From a virus: a stretch of DNA of 34,182 nucleotides. This document shows, piece by piece, positions 33,320-34,182 of this stretch (positions are counted from its first letter, which is position 1; every line of letters begins with the position of its first letter). The notes under the pieces were generated by a model that worked only from the letters and a program-made list of their open reading frames with translations, was not told where the DNA came from and made no database searches. The position numbers and the translations under genes are program-made. The DNA lies in the UHGV virus genome UHGV-1063980. One strand, 5' to 3'.

Positions 33320-34182
33320 ATGGAAGCCGGAGGCGACCTTTCCGCCTATGACAAGGCCCTTGAAAACGCCAATGAGAAGCTAGGGGAATTCGCCGATAAG
33401 ATGACGGATGCCGGCTCACGCATGCGGGCAGCCTTCCAGGACAACCCCGGACTTGAAGCGTTTATTGACGACGCGACCGGAGCCGTATTGACGGCGGAAG
33501 AACTCAAAAAGAAATTTGAACAGATTGATGACGTCGCGGAAGTCCTCAATAACAAAATGTCCGATTTGGACCTGGGGGCGAAGTGGGGCGAAAACCTTGA
33601 TGAAAACCTCCAAAAGATCCTCGACGGCTACAATAAGGAAATGGACGCCGCCGACACGGCCGCAGAAAAAGCGGCCGCTGCGGAGGCCCGGAAGCAACAG
33701 CAGGCCGCAGCAACCGTGGAACGGCTGGAAGCCAACAACCGCCGCGCCGCCGCGTCCTACGAGGAATTAGAGGCGGAGCTTGCTTCATATATTGCCAAGT
33801 TGGAAGAAGCCCGGAAGGCTGGGAACAACGTGGCACAGGCGGATGCCTTGCGGAATATCCAGGAATTGGAAAAAAGACTCCGATCCGCCAGTGCGGGCAG
33901 TCAAAAGGCAACCAGGAGTATCAAGAATATGGGGCAGGGAGCCTTGCAGGCTGCCTACTTTTTTGACGACTTGCAATACGGCATCAGGGGTATCATGAAT
34001 AATATTCCAGGGCTTGTGATGGGCTTCGGAGGCGGGGCAGGGCTGGCCGGGGCTGTCTCCATTGCCGTCTTAGCCGGCGCGAAGCTTTACGAGTGGATGG
34101 GCAAGACGGAAGACAAGTCGGCGGATCTTGCCAAAAAAATGAAGGAGCAGAGCAAAGAGATTGCCGAATCATATCGGGAGTC
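33320..34182 (+). CDS. Tail tape measure protein, N-terminal part (3' truncated by the window end)
   Basis: Not in the ORF track because no stop lies inside the window. The frame is open from 33200, with the first ATG at 33320. Coiled-coil rich, with the Gly-rich hydrophobic segment GLVMGFGGGAGLAGAVSIAVLAGAKL typical of tape measure proteins. The final codon is split (tc|t) and continues in frame at nt 1. Confidence 0.7.
   Translation, partial: MEAGGDLSAYDKALENANEKLGEFADKMTDAGSRMRAAFQDNPGLEAFIDDATGAVLTAEELKKKFEQIDDVAEVLNNKMSDLDLGAKWGENLDENLQKILDGYNKEMDAADTAAEKAAAAEARKQQQAAATVERLEANNRRAAASYEELEAELASYIAKLEEARKAGNNVAQADALRNIQELEKRLRSASAGSQKATRSIKNMGQGALQAAYFFDDLQYGIRGIMNNIPGLVMGFGGGAGLAGAVSIAVLAGAKLYEWMGKTEDKSADLAKKMKEQSKEIAESYRE

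Noticed and set aside
1-34182. Search for tRNA, rRNA, CRISPR arrays, reverse transcriptase/DGR, transposase
   Set aside because: No cloverleaf-like sequence or conserved T-loop in the intergenic regions. No spaced direct repeats. No RT or DDE motifs. attB and tRNA targeting could not be assessed without host sequence.

Overview
The window reads as a complete temperate phage or prophage-like genome of about 34.2 kb. GC content is high, with several AT-rich islands that look like morons (horizontally acquired accessory genes). Almost all genes lie on the + strand. The exceptions are a minus-strand lysogeny and defence block at 5.0-9.2 kb. The 5'-truncated ORF at the window start and the 3'-truncated ORF at the window end are both tape-measure-like and join in frame across the ends. 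The sequence is therefore most simply a circular or circularly closed genome linearised inside the tape measure gene.

Gene order, read as a circle:
- Tape measure protein (33320..34182 plus 1..1465).
- An AT-rich membrane protein with a DUF4339 (GYF-like) domain.
- A 714-aa tail-region protein.
- A GT-A-like glycosyltransferase candidate.
- A 30-bp perfect palindrome.
- A tyrosine integrase on the minus strand.
- A repeat-rich regulatory region.
- A Panacea-domain (PanA) antitoxin plus small membrane protein pair on the minus strand.
- A poly-C tract and a small membrane peptide.
- An HTH repressor candidate with 33-bp-spaced operator repeats.
- A SieB-like superinfection exclusion protein.
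- A Bro-N/KilAC antirepressor, a small lipoprotein and an excisionase-like HTH protein.
- RecT and a YqaJ exonuclease.
- A DUF1064-like protein, RusA and an orphan C5 cytosine methyltransferase.
- A DUF1376-like protein.
- Terminase small and large subunits.
- A Mu gp29-like portal and a Mu gpI-like protease/scaffold.
- A lambda E-like major capsid protein and head-tail proteins.
- A collagen-repeat tail fibre.
- A lysis cassette: holin-like protein, spanin-like proteins and an Amidase_3 endolysin.
- A protein with duplicated BACON domains.

No tRNA, rRNA, CRISPR array, transposase or reverse transcriptase was recognised. All calls rest on motif recognition by eye, not on database searches.
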